From assembly GCA_965201115.1 (NCBI GenBank), contig OZ241745.1:2953166-3017165 (forward strand): DNA of 64,000 nucleotides. Direction: 5' to 3'. A program made the translations under genes and the position numbers. Each line of letters opens with the position of its first letter. The first letter of the stretch is position 1. Below the pieces are notes generated by a model. The model had not been told where the DNA came from. It was given only the letters and a program-made list of their open reading frames with translations, and ran no database searches. Below are positions 37,662 through 48,059 of the stretch, one piece after another. The DNA comes from Alphaproteobacteria bacterium (GTDB lineage: Bacteria; Pseudomonadota; Alphaproteobacteria; UBA7887).

Positions 37662-38465
37662 CTATTCGCCGCGCCAGACGGGCCGGCGCTTTTCGAGGAA
37701 GGCGTCGATTCCCTCCGCCGCATCCCTCTTGGTCATATTCAGGCACATGACCTCGCCGGCATAGGCGTAGGCGTCGTCGAGCGGCATCTCGATCTGGCGG
37801 TAGAACGCCTCCTTGCCGATGGCGAGGGTCACGGGCGATTTCGCCGCAATGCCGGCGGCGAGCTCCGTCGCGGCGCGGTCGAGGGCGCCGGGCGCGACGA
37901 CGCGGTTGACGAGGCCGATCTCTCTCGCGCGTGCGGCCGATACGGGCTCGCCGGTAAGCAGCATTTCCATGGCGGCCTTGCGGCCCACGGCGCGGCTCAG
38001 CGCCACCATCGGCGTGGAGCAGAACAGGCCGATATTCACGCCCGGCGTGGCGAAACGCGCGGTTTCCGACGCCACCGCGAGATCGCACGAGGCGACGAGC
38101 TGGCAGCCCGCGGCGGTGGCGATGCCGTGGACCCTGGCGATGACGGGTTTCGGGAGGCGCACGATGGTCGTCATCAGCCGGCTGCACTGCGCGAAGAGTT
38201 CGGCGTGGGCGCCGCCGCCGGGCAGGGCGCGCACCTCGCGCAGATCGTGTCCGGCGCAGAACGCCGGCCCGGCGCCGGCGAGGATGACGGCCTTGACGGC
38301 GGAATCGCCGCGCAGCGCGTCGAGCGCATCCTGCAACTCCGCCATCAGCGCGGATGACAGCGCATTGCGCGCCCCGGGGCGGTTAAGCGTAAGCGTGGCG
38401 ACCCCGTTCTCGACCGCGGAGAGCAGCAGGGGTTCGGCGGGGCGTGCGGCGGGCAAGGCGCTCAT
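37662..38465 (-). CDS. Enoyl-CoA hydratase/isomerase family protein
   Basis: Crotonase fold (AVILAGAGPAFCAGHDL...GCQLVASCDLAVASETARF). Alternative start at 38504. Confidence 0.8.
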   Translation of the reverse strand: MSALPAARPAEPLLLSAVENGVATLTLNRPGARNALSSALMAELQDALDALRGDSAVKAVILAGAGPAFCAGHDLREVRALPGGGAHAELFAQCSRLMTTIVRLPKPVIARVHGIATAAGCQLVASCDLAVASETARFATPGVNIGLFCSTPMVALSRAVGRKAAMEMLLTGEPVSAARAREIGLVNRVVAPGALDRAATELAAGIAAKSPVTLAIGKEAFYRQIEMPLDDAYAYAGEVMCLNMTKRDAAEGIDAFLEKRRPVWRGE

Positions 38466-38758
38466 GTAGCGGGCCTCCCTCGGCAGTTGCGCGATGGTCG
38501 GCATTGTAGCGTATCTTCGCGGCGGTCGGTATGACATGGTGCCAAGTGGGTGCGGGCCGCAAGCGGCGGGCGTCGGTCGCGGGACCACAGCATACGGCTC
38601 GGCTGTCGGCGCTGTATCCGGGGCGGCGCGCCGGAACGGCCGAAACCCCGGTCGGTTGCGGTTTCGACGCTCGCGATATGCGGGTATCGGTTGCGCATGG
38701 CGATACTGGCGCCGTATAATGGCTTGATGGCGGCGCATGCCGCGTCACGCAAGGGCCG

Positions 38759-39814
38759 ATGGACATGACACAGGAACACCGTATCCCGAAGGTGGCGGAT
38801 GCCGTCGCTGACGCGCTGGACGCAGACGTCATACTGTACAACGGTCCGATATCCCGGCCGCAAGATAGTCATCTCATTGATGCCTGCGTAAGGAGGCGTC
38901 GACGGACGAACGCTCTCCTCATGCTGGTGACGATGGGCGGCGACCCCGACGCCGCGTACAGGGTTGCGCGGTGCATACAAACGAAGTACGATCATTTCGT
39001 CATGTATGTGTCGGGCTGCTGCAAGAGCGCGGGAACGCTGGTGGCAACCGGCGCGCATGAACTTGTCTTTTCCGATCATGGGGAATTAGGGCCGCTCGAC
39101 GTGCAGATACCTCGCGAGGGCGAACTTGTGAGAAAGCATTCGGGGCTCGCCATGGGTGATACCCTGACTGTTCTTCATGGCCGGGCCTTCGACGCATTCG
39201 AGGGATTCTTTCTGAACATTATGAAACGAGGCGGTCAATCGATATCCACCGGAACGGCGACCCGAATTGCTGTAGATCTCACCGGCAAGTTATTCGCGCA
39301 GCTCTACGGACAGTTGGAGCCGTTAAGAATAGGCGAGTCGGTCAGGGCGTTATCTGTAGCATATCATTACGGCGAGCTCTTGCTGCGGGAAGGCCGTAAT
39401 ATAACGCCGGAATCTCTGGCGGTTATCACATCGGAGTATCCATCTCACGGATTTGTGATCGATCGGGCGGAGGCGGAGACTTTGTTTCACAAGGTTCGGG
39501 AACCATCTCCGGAGGAAGCGGAATTGGCGCGGGCGTTGGAGCATCTGGCCCTTTCCGAGACACCTGTAGAGCACGGACAATTGTGCTTTAAGTTCTTATC
39601 CACCGAGACGCCGACCGAGCAAGACGCTCTGGTGGGAAACAACCTGGAGGGAGGCGCCGATGCACGAGAACCTGGATCGCCTGAGGAGGCAGAGGCTGGC
39701 AAAGCTGCTGAAAAGAAGACACGACAGCTTGCTAAAGTCAGTACCGAAAAGAAGGCTGTTGCGGGAGCCGTTACGACCGTGGGCGATACGGCCGCAAAAC
39801 CGGGAGGAACGTAA
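38759..39814 (+). CDS. ClpP/SppA-fold (SDH-family) serine proteinase-like protein, in a lower-GC islet
   Basis: LLMLVTMGGDPDAAYRVARCIQTKYDHFVMYVSGCCKSAGTLVATGAHELVFSDHGELGPLDV (Clp-fold). Local GC about 55-60% against about 72% in flanks. Confidence 0.55.
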   Translation: MDMTQEHRIPKVADAVADALDADVILYNGPISRPQDSHLIDACVRRRRRTNALLMLVTMGGDPDAAYRVARCIQTKYDHFVMYVSGCCKSAGTLVATGAHELVFSDHGELGPLDVQIPREGELVRKHSGLAMGDTLTVLHGRAFDAFEGFFLNIMKRGGQSISTGTATRIAVDLTGKLFAQLYGQLEPLRIGESVRALSVAYHYGELLLREGRNITPESLAVITSEYPSHGFVIDRAEAETLFHKVREPSPEEAELARALEHLALSETPVEHGQLCFKFLSTETPTEQDALVGNNLEGGADAREPGSPEEAEAGKAAEKKTRQLAKVSTEKKAVAGAVTTVGDTAAKPGGT

Positions 39815-39972
39815 CGCGCTGCACGGGCAGATTGTGCCGGGCAAGAACAACGAGTAAACGAAACCTCTGCCTGCTGTTCGCCCCGTACTCGCGCCGCCCG
39901 TTGTCTGCGGCGGCGCGAGTATGCTATGGGGGCGCGGCTACCTTTCCCCATCCCACAGAAAACCCAGCCGCC

Positions 39973-40965
39973 ATGCCGCTTGACGTCGGAGACATCGACG
40001 CGCGCGTCCGCGAGCAAGGCGCCTTCGTCAGCCAGCTGATGGAGGCGCTCGGACGCACGATTGTCGGCCAAAAATACATGCTCGAGCGCCTGCTGGTGGG
40101 GCTGCTCGCCAACGGCCACGTGCTTATCGAGGGCGCGCCCGGGCTCGCCAAGACCCGCGCGGCGGTCGCGCTCGCGCAGGCGCTGCGGTGCGATTACCAG
40201 CGCATCCAGTTCACCCCCGACCTGCTGCCGGCGGACCTGGTGGGCACGCTGATCTACCAGCCGCAATCGGGCGCGTTCCGCGTGCGCAAGGGGCCGGTGT
40301 TCGCCAACCTCGTGCTCGCCGACGAAATCAACCGCGCCCCCGCCAAGGTGCAGAGCGCGCTGCTCGAGGCGATGCAGGAAAAGCAGGTGACGATCGGCGA
40401 GGAGAGCTTCCCGCTGCCGCTGCCGTTCCTGGTGCTGGCGACGCAGAACCCGCTCGAACAGGAGGGCACCTACCCCCTGCCGGAGGCGCAGACCGACCGC
40501 TTCATGCTCAAGCTGCGCATAACCTATCCGGAGCGCGGCGAAGAGCTGGAAATCCTCGAGCGCATGGCCGTTACCGCCGCCGAGGCGCCGGTTCCGCCCG
40601 TGACCGATACCGAAGCGATTTTCGCGGCGCGCCGCCTGGTCGACGCCATCTACATCGACGACAAGATCAAGCACTACATCGTCGATCTGGTGCTGGCGAC
40701 GCGCGAGCCCGCGGCGCACGGCCTCGACGACCTGGCGCGCTTTATCGATTTCGGCGCATCGCCGCGCGCGTCGATTTACCTGGCGCTGGCGGCGCGCGCG
40801 TTCGCCTTCATCCACGGACGGGGCTACGTCACGCCGCAAGACATCAAGTCCATCGGCCCGGACGTTCTGCGCCACCGCATTCTGGTTTCCTACGAGGCGG
40901 AAGCGGCGGAAATGACGGTCGAGGAAATCATCCGGCAGATACTCGACCGCACGCCCGTGCCCTGA
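39973..40965 (+). CDS. moxR: MoxR family AAA+ ATPase
   Basis: Walker A GAPGLAKT, Walker B LLADEINRA, sensor regions. Confidence 0.9.
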   Translation: MPLDVGDIDARVREQGAFVSQLMEALGRTIVGQKYMLERLLVGLLANGHVLIEGAPGLAKTRAAVALAQALRCDYQRIQFTPDLLPADLVGTLIYQPQSGAFRVRKGPVFANLVLADEINRAPAKVQSALLEAMQEKQVTIGEESFPLPLPFLVLATQNPLEQEGTYPLPEAQTDRFMLKLRITYPERGEELEILERMAVTAAEAPVPPVTDTEAIFAARRLVDAIYIDDKIKHYIVDLVLATREPAAHGLDDLARFIDFGASPRASIYLALAARAFAFIHGRGYVTPQDIKSIGPDVLRHRILVSYEAEAAEMTVEEIIRQILDRTPVP

Positions 40966-40975
40966 GCGCCGCGCC

Positions 40976-41863
40976 GTGCTGCCCGCCGAAATCCTGCAGC
41001 AGGCGCGCCAGCTGCATATCCGCACGCGGCGCCTCGTCGATGGCGCGTTCGCCGGGGAATATCACAGCGTGTACAAGGGCCGCGGCATCGAGTTCGCCGA
41101 GGTGCGCGAATATGTGGCGGGCGACGACGTGCGCGCCATCGACTGGAACGTAACCGCCCGCGTCGGCCGCCCCTTCGTCAAGCAGTATGTGGAGGAGCGC
41201 GAACTGACGGCAATGCTGCTGCTCGACGTCAGCGCATCGGGGCTTTTTTCCTCGACATCGCGGCGCAAGACGCGCACCGGCGTCGAGATCGCCGCCGCGC
41301 TGGCGCTCAGCGCCATCGACAACAACGACAAGGCGGGGTTGATCCTGTTCACCGACCGGGTGGAGCTGTTCGTGCCGCCGCGCAAGGGGCGCAACCGCGC
41401 GCTGAGGCTGATCCGCGACATGCTGGCGTTCGAACCGCGCGGGCGCGGCACCGACATCGCGGCGGCGCTGGAATATCTCCGCAAGGCGATACCGCGCCGG
41501 TCGATCGCCTTCCTGATCTCCGATTTCTTCGCGGCGGATTTCGAGCGCCCGTTGCGGCTTGTGCGGCGGCGCCACGACCTGGCGCCGATCTGCCTGATCG
41601 ACCCGCGCGACCGCGAACTGCCCGCGGTGGGGTTCGTGCGCCTGCGCGACCTCGAGACCGGCGAGGAGCGCCTGGTCGACACCGACAGCCCCGCGGTGCG
41701 CGCCCGCTTCGCCGCGCTGCGCGGCGAAGCCGCGGCGCGCCGCCGCCGCCTGTTCCGCGCCCTGGGCGTCGATTTCGCGGAAGTGCCGACCGGGCGCCCC
41801 TGGGCCGGGCCGCTGCTGCGCTTTTTCCGGCGCCGCGAGCGCCGGCTGGAGGAAGGGCGGTGA
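40976..41863 (+). CDS. DUF58 domain protein (MoxR-operon partner)
   Basis: YHSVYKGRGIEFAEVREYVAGDDVRAIDWNVTAR. Confidence 0.85.
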   Translation: MLPAEILQQARQLHIRTRRLVDGAFAGEYHSVYKGRGIEFAEVREYVAGDDVRAIDWNVTARVGRPFVKQYVEERELTAMLLLDVSASGLFSSTSRRKTRTGVEIAAALALSAIDNNDKAGLILFTDRVELFVPPRKGRNRALRLIRDMLAFEPRGRGTDIAAALEYLRKAIPRRSIAFLISDFFAADFERPLRLVRRRHDLAPICLIDPRDRELPAVGFVRLRDLETGEERLVDTDSPAVRARFAALRGEAAARRRRLFRALGVDFAEVPTGRPWAGPLLRFFRRRERRLEEGR

Positions 41864-43005
41864 GGCGGCGCGCCGCGCGCGCCCTGGGCCTGGCGGCGCC
41901 GCTCGCGCTCGCCGCGGCCCTCGGAAGCGCCGGATCCGCGTCGGCGCAAGTCGCGCGCGAGGCCCGCGACGGCCCCACCCAGGGCCGCGGCGAGGCGGCG
42001 GTGGAAAGAACCGTGGAGCCGCTCTCGGTGCGCGCAGTCTTCTCGGTGGACCGCGCCGTCGTGCCGATTGTCGATGACGTGCGCGCGGTGCTCGCGGTGG
42101 AGGCGCCGCCCTGGATACTCGTGACGTTTCCGCGCGTCGTCGGCGAGATCGGCGCGTTCCGGCTGATGCGCGAGGAAAAGGCGGGGCCGTTCCCCGTGCC
42201 GTCCGCGCGGGGCGAGCGGCTGGTGCGCAACGAACGGCGCTACCGCCTGGACCCCACCGAGGCGGGGGAGATGGAGATCCGCGCGGTCACGCTCAACCTG
42301 CTGGATGGCCGCACCGTGCCGTCGATCGCGTGCGTGTATCTTAATGAGTGCCGCGGCGCGGATCCCGGCGACGCGCGCACGGCGGCCACGGAGTTCCTCC
42401 GCATCGGCCCGCTGCCGGTGGAGGTGACGTCGGTGCTGCCGCCCGACGCCGATTTTACGAAGCCGAAGGGCATTCTCGGGCCGGTTCCGCTGCCCCCGCC
42501 GCCGCCCGCGCCGTTCGACTGGCGGCCGCTTCTCGTTGCCGGGGCGGCGGCGCTTGCGCTGGCCGCGGCGGCGTTCGCGCTGTTCCGGCTGCGGCGGCGC
42601 GGCGGCCGCGCGCGTTCGCCGGCGATGGCCGCCGCTCATGCGATGGCGCTCGACGCGCTGCGCCGCCTCGACGCCTCCGGCCTCGACACGCCGGAAAAGG
42701 TCGCGGCGTTCTACACGCGGGTATCGGCGATACTGCGCCATTATCTCGACTGGCGGTTCGGACTGCGCGCGCCGGAGCGCACCACCGAGGAGGTGCTGCG
42801 CGAAGCGGCTGCGGGCCGGGCGACGGCCGGCCACGGCGCCGTGCTGGGCGCATTTCTCGGCCTTTGCGACCGCGTGAAGTTCGCGCGCCACCGCCCGGCC
42901 CCCGGCGCGCCGGCGGCGGCGCTCGCCAGCGCCGTCGGCTTCGTGCGCGAGACCGCCGACGCCGCCGCCCTGGCGCCGGCCGCGCGCGCCGCCGAAATCC
43001 GGTGA
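41860..43005 (+). CDS. BatD-like / DUF4381 membrane protein
   Basis: Signal peptide plus C-terminal transmembrane segment. Position in the MoxR/DUF58/VWA (BatA/B)/TPR (BatC) operon. GTG start overlaps the previous stop. Confidence 0.55.
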   Translation: MRRRAARALGLAAPLALAAALGSAGSASAQVAREARDGPTQGRGEAAVERTVEPLSVRAVFSVDRAVVPIVDDVRAVLAVEAPPWILVTFPRVVGEIGAFRLMREEKAGPFPVPSARGERLVRNERRYRLDPTEAGEMEIRAVTLNLLDGRTVPSIACVYLNECRGADPGDARTAATEFLRIGPLPVEVTSVLPPDADFTKPKGILGPVPLPPPPPAPFDWRPLLVAGAAALALAAAAFALFRLRRRGGRARSPAMAAAHAMALDALRRLDASGLDTPEKVAAFYTRVSAILRHYLDWRFGLRAPERTTEEVLREAAAGRATAGHGAVLGAFLGLCDRVKFARHRPAPGAPAAALASAVGFVRETADAAALAPAARAAEIR

Positions 43006-43012
43006 GCGCCGC

Positions 43013-44044
43013 GTGAGGTTCGAAACCCCTTGGGTCCTGCTTCTGCTCGCGGCGCTTCCCGCGTTGCATCTCTGGCTGCGCCGGCGCGACCGCCCGCTAT
43101 GCGTGGACTACACCGCGACCGGCGACCTGGCGGCGCTGGGGACCACCTTCTGGAGCCGCCTGCGCGCGATGCTGCCGTGGGTGCGGCTGCTGGCGCTGGC
43201 CCTGTGCATCGCCGCGCTGGCGCGCCCGCAATGGGGGCAGCAGGTCACGCGCATTTACCGCGACGGCATCGCCATCGTCATGGCCGTCGATATTTCCAGC
43301 AGCATGGGCGCGCTCGATCTGCGCATCGGCGAGGAGGCCGCCGACCGCCTGGACGTGGTGAAAGAGACCTTTCGCGGCTTCGTCAAGGGCGATGAAGACG
43401 GCGCGGCGGAAGGCGGCGGGCGCGAGGGCGACCTGATCGGGACGGTGGCGTTCGCGCGCTTCGGCGACAATCTCAGCCCGCTCACCCTCGACCACGACGC
43501 GCTCCTGCTGGCGCTCGACGAAATCGGGATCGTGCAAATCGCGGAAGAAGACGGCACGGCGATCGGCGACGCCGCGGTCATGGCCACCGAGCTGCTCCAG
43601 CGCGCCGGCGCCAAGAGCAAGGTGATGATCCTGCTCACCGACGGCAGCAACAACGCGGGCAACGCCGACCCCGCGGAAGCCGCCGCCGCCGCCGCCGCGC
43701 TCGGCGTGAAAATATACGCCGTCGGCGCCGGAACGCGCGGAACGGCCATGACGCCCGTTCGCCAGGCCGATGGAAACACGATACTCGTTCCCACCCAGGT
43801 GTTTATCGACGAACACACGCTCCGGAACATGGCGGAGACGACCGGCGGGCGCTATTTCCGCGCCGAGGACGAGGCGGCGCTGCGGGCGATCTACGAAGAG
43901 ATCGACCGGCTGGAGACATCGACCAACGTCGCGGAGCAGTATCAGCGCTATATCGAGGGCTATCCGGCGCTGCTTTTGTGCGCGCTGCTGCTCGCGTTCG
44001 GCGAGGCGGCGCTGCGCACGACGCGCCTGCGGGCGCTGCCGTGA
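43013..44044 (+). CDS. batA: VWA domain protein BatA
   Basis: Two N-terminal transmembrane segments and a VWA domain with MIDAS (DISSSM). Confidence 0.8.
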   Translation: MRFETPWVLLLLAALPALHLWLRRRDRPLCVDYTATGDLAALGTTFWSRLRAMLPWVRLLALALCIAALARPQWGQQVTRIYRDGIAIVMAVDISSSMGALDLRIGEEAADRLDVVKETFRGFVKGDEDGAAEGGGREGDLIGTVAFARFGDNLSPLTLDHDALLLALDEIGIVQIAEEDGTAIGDAAVMATELLQRAGAKSKVMILLTDGSNNAGNADPAEAAAAAAALGVKIYAVGAGTRGTAMTPVRQADGNTILVPTQVFIDEHTLRNMAETTGGRYFRAEDEAALRAIYEEIDRLETSTNVAEQYQRYIEGYPALLLCALLLAFGEAALRTTRLRALP

Positions 44045-45087
44045 GCTTCGGCGCGCCGTGGTTCGCGCTTTTGCTGGCCGCGGCGCCGGTCCTGGCGGCG
44101 CTGTTCGTCCGCGCGGCGCGGCGGCGGCGGCGGGCGCTCGAGGCGTTTCTGCACCCCGCGCTCGCGCGCGAACTGGCCCCGCCCGCCGACGCGCGGCGCC
44201 GCGCGGCGCGGGCGGCGTGCCTCGTCGCCGCGGTCGCCGCGCTCGCGGTCGCCGTCATGCAGCCGCAATGGGGCCGCGAGGAAGGCGACGCCGCGCGCCG
44301 CGGCCGCGACATCTACATCGTGCTCGACGTTTCGCGCAGCATGTTGGCGGAAGACGCCCAACCCAACCGGCTGGAGGCGGCGAAAGCGGCGATCGGCGCG
44401 TTCGCGGATACGCTGAGCGCGCACGGCGGCTACCGGCTGGGGCTGGTGATCTTCGCCGGCCGCGCGCGTCTGCAAAGCCCGCTCACGCTGGATTATGCGT
44501 TCTTCCGCGACCGGTTGGCGCAGGCCTCCACCGACCTGGTCGAGCGCCGCGGCAGCGCGCTCGGCGACGCGGTGCGCAAGACGCTTTTCGGCTTCGGCGC
44601 GCTCGACGCGCAACACACCGACATCGTGGCGATCGGCGACGGCGAGGACCATCGCGGCGGCGGCGTCGAAGCCGCGCGTCAGGCGGCGGACGAAGGCGTC
44701 GCGCTCCACGCGGTGGGAATCGGCGACCCCGTGTCCGGCGGGCGCATACCCATTGTCGGCGAGGACGGCGCGCGGCAATATCTGCGCCACGACGGCGCCG
44801 ACGTCGTCTCGATCATGGGCGAATCGCGCCTGCGGGCGATGGCGCGCGCCGGCGGCGGCGCGTATCTTCCCGCCCGCGCCGGCCCCGTTGCGCTCGACGC
44901 GCTGTTCGCGGAAGAAATCGCGCCGAAACCCAGGCGCGACCTGGAAACGGAACAAGGCGAGCGCAAGGCCGACCGCTACGCGCTGTTCGCCGCCATCGCG
45001 CTGTTGTTGCTGGCCGCCGAAAGGGTTATCCCCGAACGCCCGGCGCGGCGGCGGGAAGACGACGCCGAAACCGCCGTGGAGGCTTGA
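44041..45087 (+). CDS. batB: VWA domain protein BatB
   Basis: Transmembrane N-terminus, VWA (DVSRSM). GTGA overlap with batA. Confidence 0.8.
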   Translation: MSFGAPWFALLLAAAPVLAALFVRAARRRRRALEAFLHPALARELAPPADARRRAARAACLVAAVAALAVAVMQPQWGREEGDAARRGRDIYIVLDVSRSMLAEDAQPNRLEAAKAAIGAFADTLSAHGGYRLGLVIFAGRARLQSPLTLDYAFFRDRLAQASTDLVERRGSALGDAVRKTLFGFGALDAQHTDIVAIGDGEDHRGGGVEAARQAADEGVALHAVGIGDPVSGGRIPIVGEDGARQYLRHDGADVVSIMGESRLRAMARAGGGAYLPARAGPVALDALFAEEIAPKPRRDLETEQGERKADRYALFAAIALLLLAAERVIPERPARRREDDAETAVEA

Positions 45088-45096
45088 GAACAGCTC

Positions 45097-45936
45097 ATGC
45101 TTGCCGTCCGATGCGCCGCATGCGCCGCCCTCGCGTTGCTGTTGTGCGGGTTCCGGGAGATCGAGATCGACACGCCTTACCAGGCGGTGGCGCTGGCGAA
45201 CCGGGCGTTCGCCGAAGAGCGCTACCGCGAGGCCGCCGATCTTTACGCGGCGGCGGACGGGATGCTGCCCGGCCGCCCCGAGATCGCTTTCAACCGCGGC
45301 GCCGCCCTGTATATGCTGCATGAGTTGAAGCAGGCGCGCGCGGCGTTCGTCAGCGCGCTCGAGACCGATGATCGCGGCCTCGCGGCGCGCGCGCACTACA
45401 ATCTGGGCAATGTGCAATACCGCGTGGCGATTAACGCCATGCGCACCTTTCGCGACGCCGTGACCCCGATTCGCGAGGCGATGGAAAGCTACCGCGAGGC
45501 GCTCGCGCTCGACCCCGATCTCGCCGACGCCATGTACAATCTGGAGCTCGCCGACCGCATGTACGACGAGCTGCGCCGCCAGCGCATGCAGGGGATACAG
45601 AACCCGGAAGCGGTCGATGTGACGCCGTCGCAAAACCAGGGCCAGTTCTTCGACGAAGAATCGGACCGCGAGCGCGCGCGCGACCGCGAGGACGCGGCGG
45701 ACAGCATGGATATGGAAGGAGAACAAGGCGCGCAAGGCGAGCAGGCGCCGCAGGGCGCGCCGCCGCAAAGCGAGTCGGCGCAAGCCCAGGCCGGCGGGGC
45801 GCAGCGCGAAATGACCGCCGAACAGGCGCAGGACATGATGGAGCTGGCCCGCGACCGCGCCCGCGCGGCGGAGGCCCTCCGCCAGCAATGGCGCCAGGCC
45901 CGCATGCGCGACGGCGAAGCCGCCCGCCCCTGGTAA
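45097..45936 (+). CDS. TPR-repeat protein BatC-like with acidic/Gln-rich tail
   Basis: TPR-like helices and C-terminal low-complexity region. Confidence 0.7.
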   Translation: MLAVRCAACAALALLLCGFREIEIDTPYQAVALANRAFAEERYREAADLYAAADGMLPGRPEIAFNRGAALYMLHELKQARAAFVSALETDDRGLAARAHYNLGNVQYRVAINAMRTFRDAVTPIREAMESYREALALDPDLADAMYNLELADRMYDELRRQRMQGIQNPEAVDVTPSQNQGQFFDEESDRERARDREDAADSMDMEGEQGAQGEQAPQGAPPQSESAQAQAGGAQREMTAEQAQDMMELARDRARAAEALRQQWRQARMRDGEAARPW

Positions 45937-45954
45937 ACGCCGCCCGGGACGCCC

Positions 45955-46030
45955 GCGCACACGCCAACCCCGCCGAAGGCGGGGCCCGGGACCGCGGCCT
46001 TCCAGGCCGCACGTTTCCGCGCGGCTCGGC
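45955..46030. repeat. REP/MITE-like repeat unit
   Basis: caaccccgccgaaggcggggcccgggaccgcggccttccaggccgcacgtttccgcg. Confidence 0.5.
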
Positions 46031-46276
46031 GTCGGCGGGAAAGCGCGAACGGCGCGTCCCTCACGGCGGCAGCCGTGGCAGTCGAGACGCGCAGGCGGGG
46101 CGCCCGCATCGCGATGCCGCGAAAGCCGCGCAGGAAACCCCTCGCAGCGTGTATTATCCGGGTTGCGCGGGCTGGCCGGAACGGGTATTAACCGTTGCCG
46201 CCTGCGGCCCGCCGGCGGCGCGGGCGCCGTTTATGCAGGACAACCGCGTTCGTCGGTAATCCGGGAAGAATACGGT

Positions 46277-47134
46277 ATGCGGGATATGAAAGAGCTCGAA
46301 ATCGACGGCGGCCTACTGCGCGATCGGTCGCCTCTGACGAGCTTTCTCGCCACCTTGGACGAGCTGGAAGCGCCTTGCAGCGTCGTGGCCTGCGGTCTGC
46401 TGTGCGCGGGCAAGAGCACGTTGCTCAACGCGCTTGCCGGACGGACAGGCGAGCCGTACTTCGCGACCGGCGCAGGCCGGACGACCCATGCGTGCAAGAG
46501 CCTTGACGACCGCGCCGGCTTCCGGTGGATCGACACTCCCGGCCTCGATGTGAGCGGCGAGGACGACGCGGAAGCCGAAAAAGCGATTCGCGCGGCCGAC
46601 GTGCTCTTGTTCGTGCATCACCCCGGGACCGGCGAACTGCACGAGGCCGAGGCGGATTTCCTGCAGGCCGTCGCGACGGGCGCGGACACGCGCCACGGCC
46701 TTGCCGAGCGCATGTGCGTGGCGCTGACCCACAAGGAGTCGATAAGCGCCGACGAACTCGGCCGGCTCAGGGACGCCGTTCGCCGGCAGGTCGCATCGGC
46801 GACAGGCGCCGACCCGGCGCTGTTTCCGGTGGCTTCCACCGTTTATCTCGGGGCAACGCGCAAGTTCCAGCCGAAATTGGTCGAATTCAGCGGCGTGCCC
46901 GCGCTTCGGACCCGTCTGATGCATGGCGCCGAAGGCTCCCGCGCCCGCCGGTGGAAGCGCGTCGCCAATCTTGAGGAAGAACTGCACCGGCGGATCGACG
47001 CGGAAATCGCGCATCGGGCCGGGCGGCGGCGCACGCTCGAACGCGAGATTGCCAATGTCGAGAAGGCGTTGCACGAAGAGTTCGCATCGTTTCTGGAGCA
47101 GCTGGACCAACGGCTTGCCGGCCTCGACGCGTAG
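46277..47134 (+). CDS. Small P-loop GTPase (dynamin/GIMAP-like G-domain; GxxxxGKS, DTPG)
   Basis: CGLLCAGKSTLLNALAG, WIDTPGLD, LTHKES. 285 aa. First gene of a lower-GC island. Confidence 0.6.
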   Translation: MRDMKELEIDGGLLRDRSPLTSFLATLDELEAPCSVVACGLLCAGKSTLLNALAGRTGEPYFATGAGRTTHACKSLDDRAGFRWIDTPGLDVSGEDDAEAEKAIRAADVLLFVHHPGTGELHEAEADFLQAVATGADTRHGLAERMCVALTHKESISADELGRLRDAVRRQVASATGADPALFPVASTVYLGATRKFQPKLVEFSGVPALRTRLMHGAEGSRARRWKRVANLEEELHRRIDAEIAHRAGRRRTLEREIANVEKALHEEFASFLEQLDQRLAGLDA

Positions 47135-47163
47135 CCGGAAGCGGAACAACGGAGAACGGAATC

Positions 47164-47565
47164 GTGTTTCTTGCCCCCCTCACCGACGCCCAGAAGCGGG
47201 CTTTCATGGCGCTCGCGGCCATGGTCGTCGATAGCGACGAACGGGTTACCCGACAAGAGCGCGAACTCATGGCCAGTCTGAGCGCCGAGATGGGCATGCC
47301 GGACGCGCCGGAAGGCATGGACCTCGCCGCCGCCGCGGCCGCGTTCGCCGACTGGCCCGGCAAGGTGCGCGCCATGCTCGAACTGATCGGCATCGCCCGC
47401 GCCGATTGCGATTTCGACAAGCGGGAAAGCGCGCTCATCCGCCGGATCGCCGAGGCGTTCGGGATCGCCCCCGGCGAGCTCGAAGTGATGGACGACTGGG
47501 TCTTCCGGCAGCTCGCCCTGGTGCGGGAAGCGAACTACCTGATAACCGAATTGCGGGAGGATTGA
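47164..47565 (+). CDS. TerB-like domain protein
   Basis: 133 aa. ALAAMVVDSDERVTRQERELMASL... and IARADCDFDKRESALIRRIAE resemble the TerB fold. GTG start with GGAGA ribosome-binding site. Confidence 0.5.
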   Translation: MFLAPLTDAQKRAFMALAAMVVDSDERVTRQERELMASLSAEMGMPDAPEGMDLAAAAAAFADWPGKVRAMLELIGIARADCDFDKRESALIRRIAEAFGIAPGELEVMDDWVFRQLALVREANYLITELRED

Positions 47566-47567
47566 CC

Positions 47568-48059
47568 ATGCCCCTGCCATTGTTCTGGATCCTGGGCGCG
47601 GCCGGCGTAGCAGCCGCTGCCGCCGCCACGGCTTGGGCGGCCTCGGATAACGACGAAGCTGTTACCGAGCCCGACGAGGCCGGCGAGTTGCGCGAACGGG
47701 AGGCGGAGCGTGATCGCGAGAAGCGGCGCGAGCGCGCCGAGCGCTGGAAAGAACGGGGATTGCACGACATGGCGGGCTGCCATTCCGCCTCCGGACGCAG
47801 CCCGTCCGGGCTGACATGCGCGGAGTACTGGCGGAGCGAGGCCGCGCCCGGCGCCGGGCAAGCGGACCGCGTCGAGAAAGCCCTGGACATGTTCCTGCCC
47901 AAGGACGGCCCGAGCGATGCGAAAAACGAGGCCGCCGCCCTGCTGCGGGAAGAAGACGATCTGAGGGCGATGAAGACGGCCGTGGCGGCGATGCGCGCGC
48001 GGGCGCAGGAACGTGAGGCCCAATCGCAATCGGAGCCGCCGCAGCGGAGCGAAGCATGA
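47568..48059 (+). CDS. N-terminally membrane-anchored charged coiled-coil protein
   Basis: MPLPLFWILGAAGVAAAAAATAWAA, then an E/R-rich helix. GGGAGG ribosome-binding site. Stop overlaps the next start. Confidence 0.45.
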   Translation: MPLPLFWILGAAGVAAAAAATAWAASDNDEAVTEPDEAGELREREAERDREKRRERAERWKERGLHDMAGCHSASGRSPSGLTCAEYWRSEAAPGAGQADRVEKALDMFLPKDGPSDAKNEAAALLREEDDLRAMKTAVAAMRARAQEREAQSQSEPPQRSEA

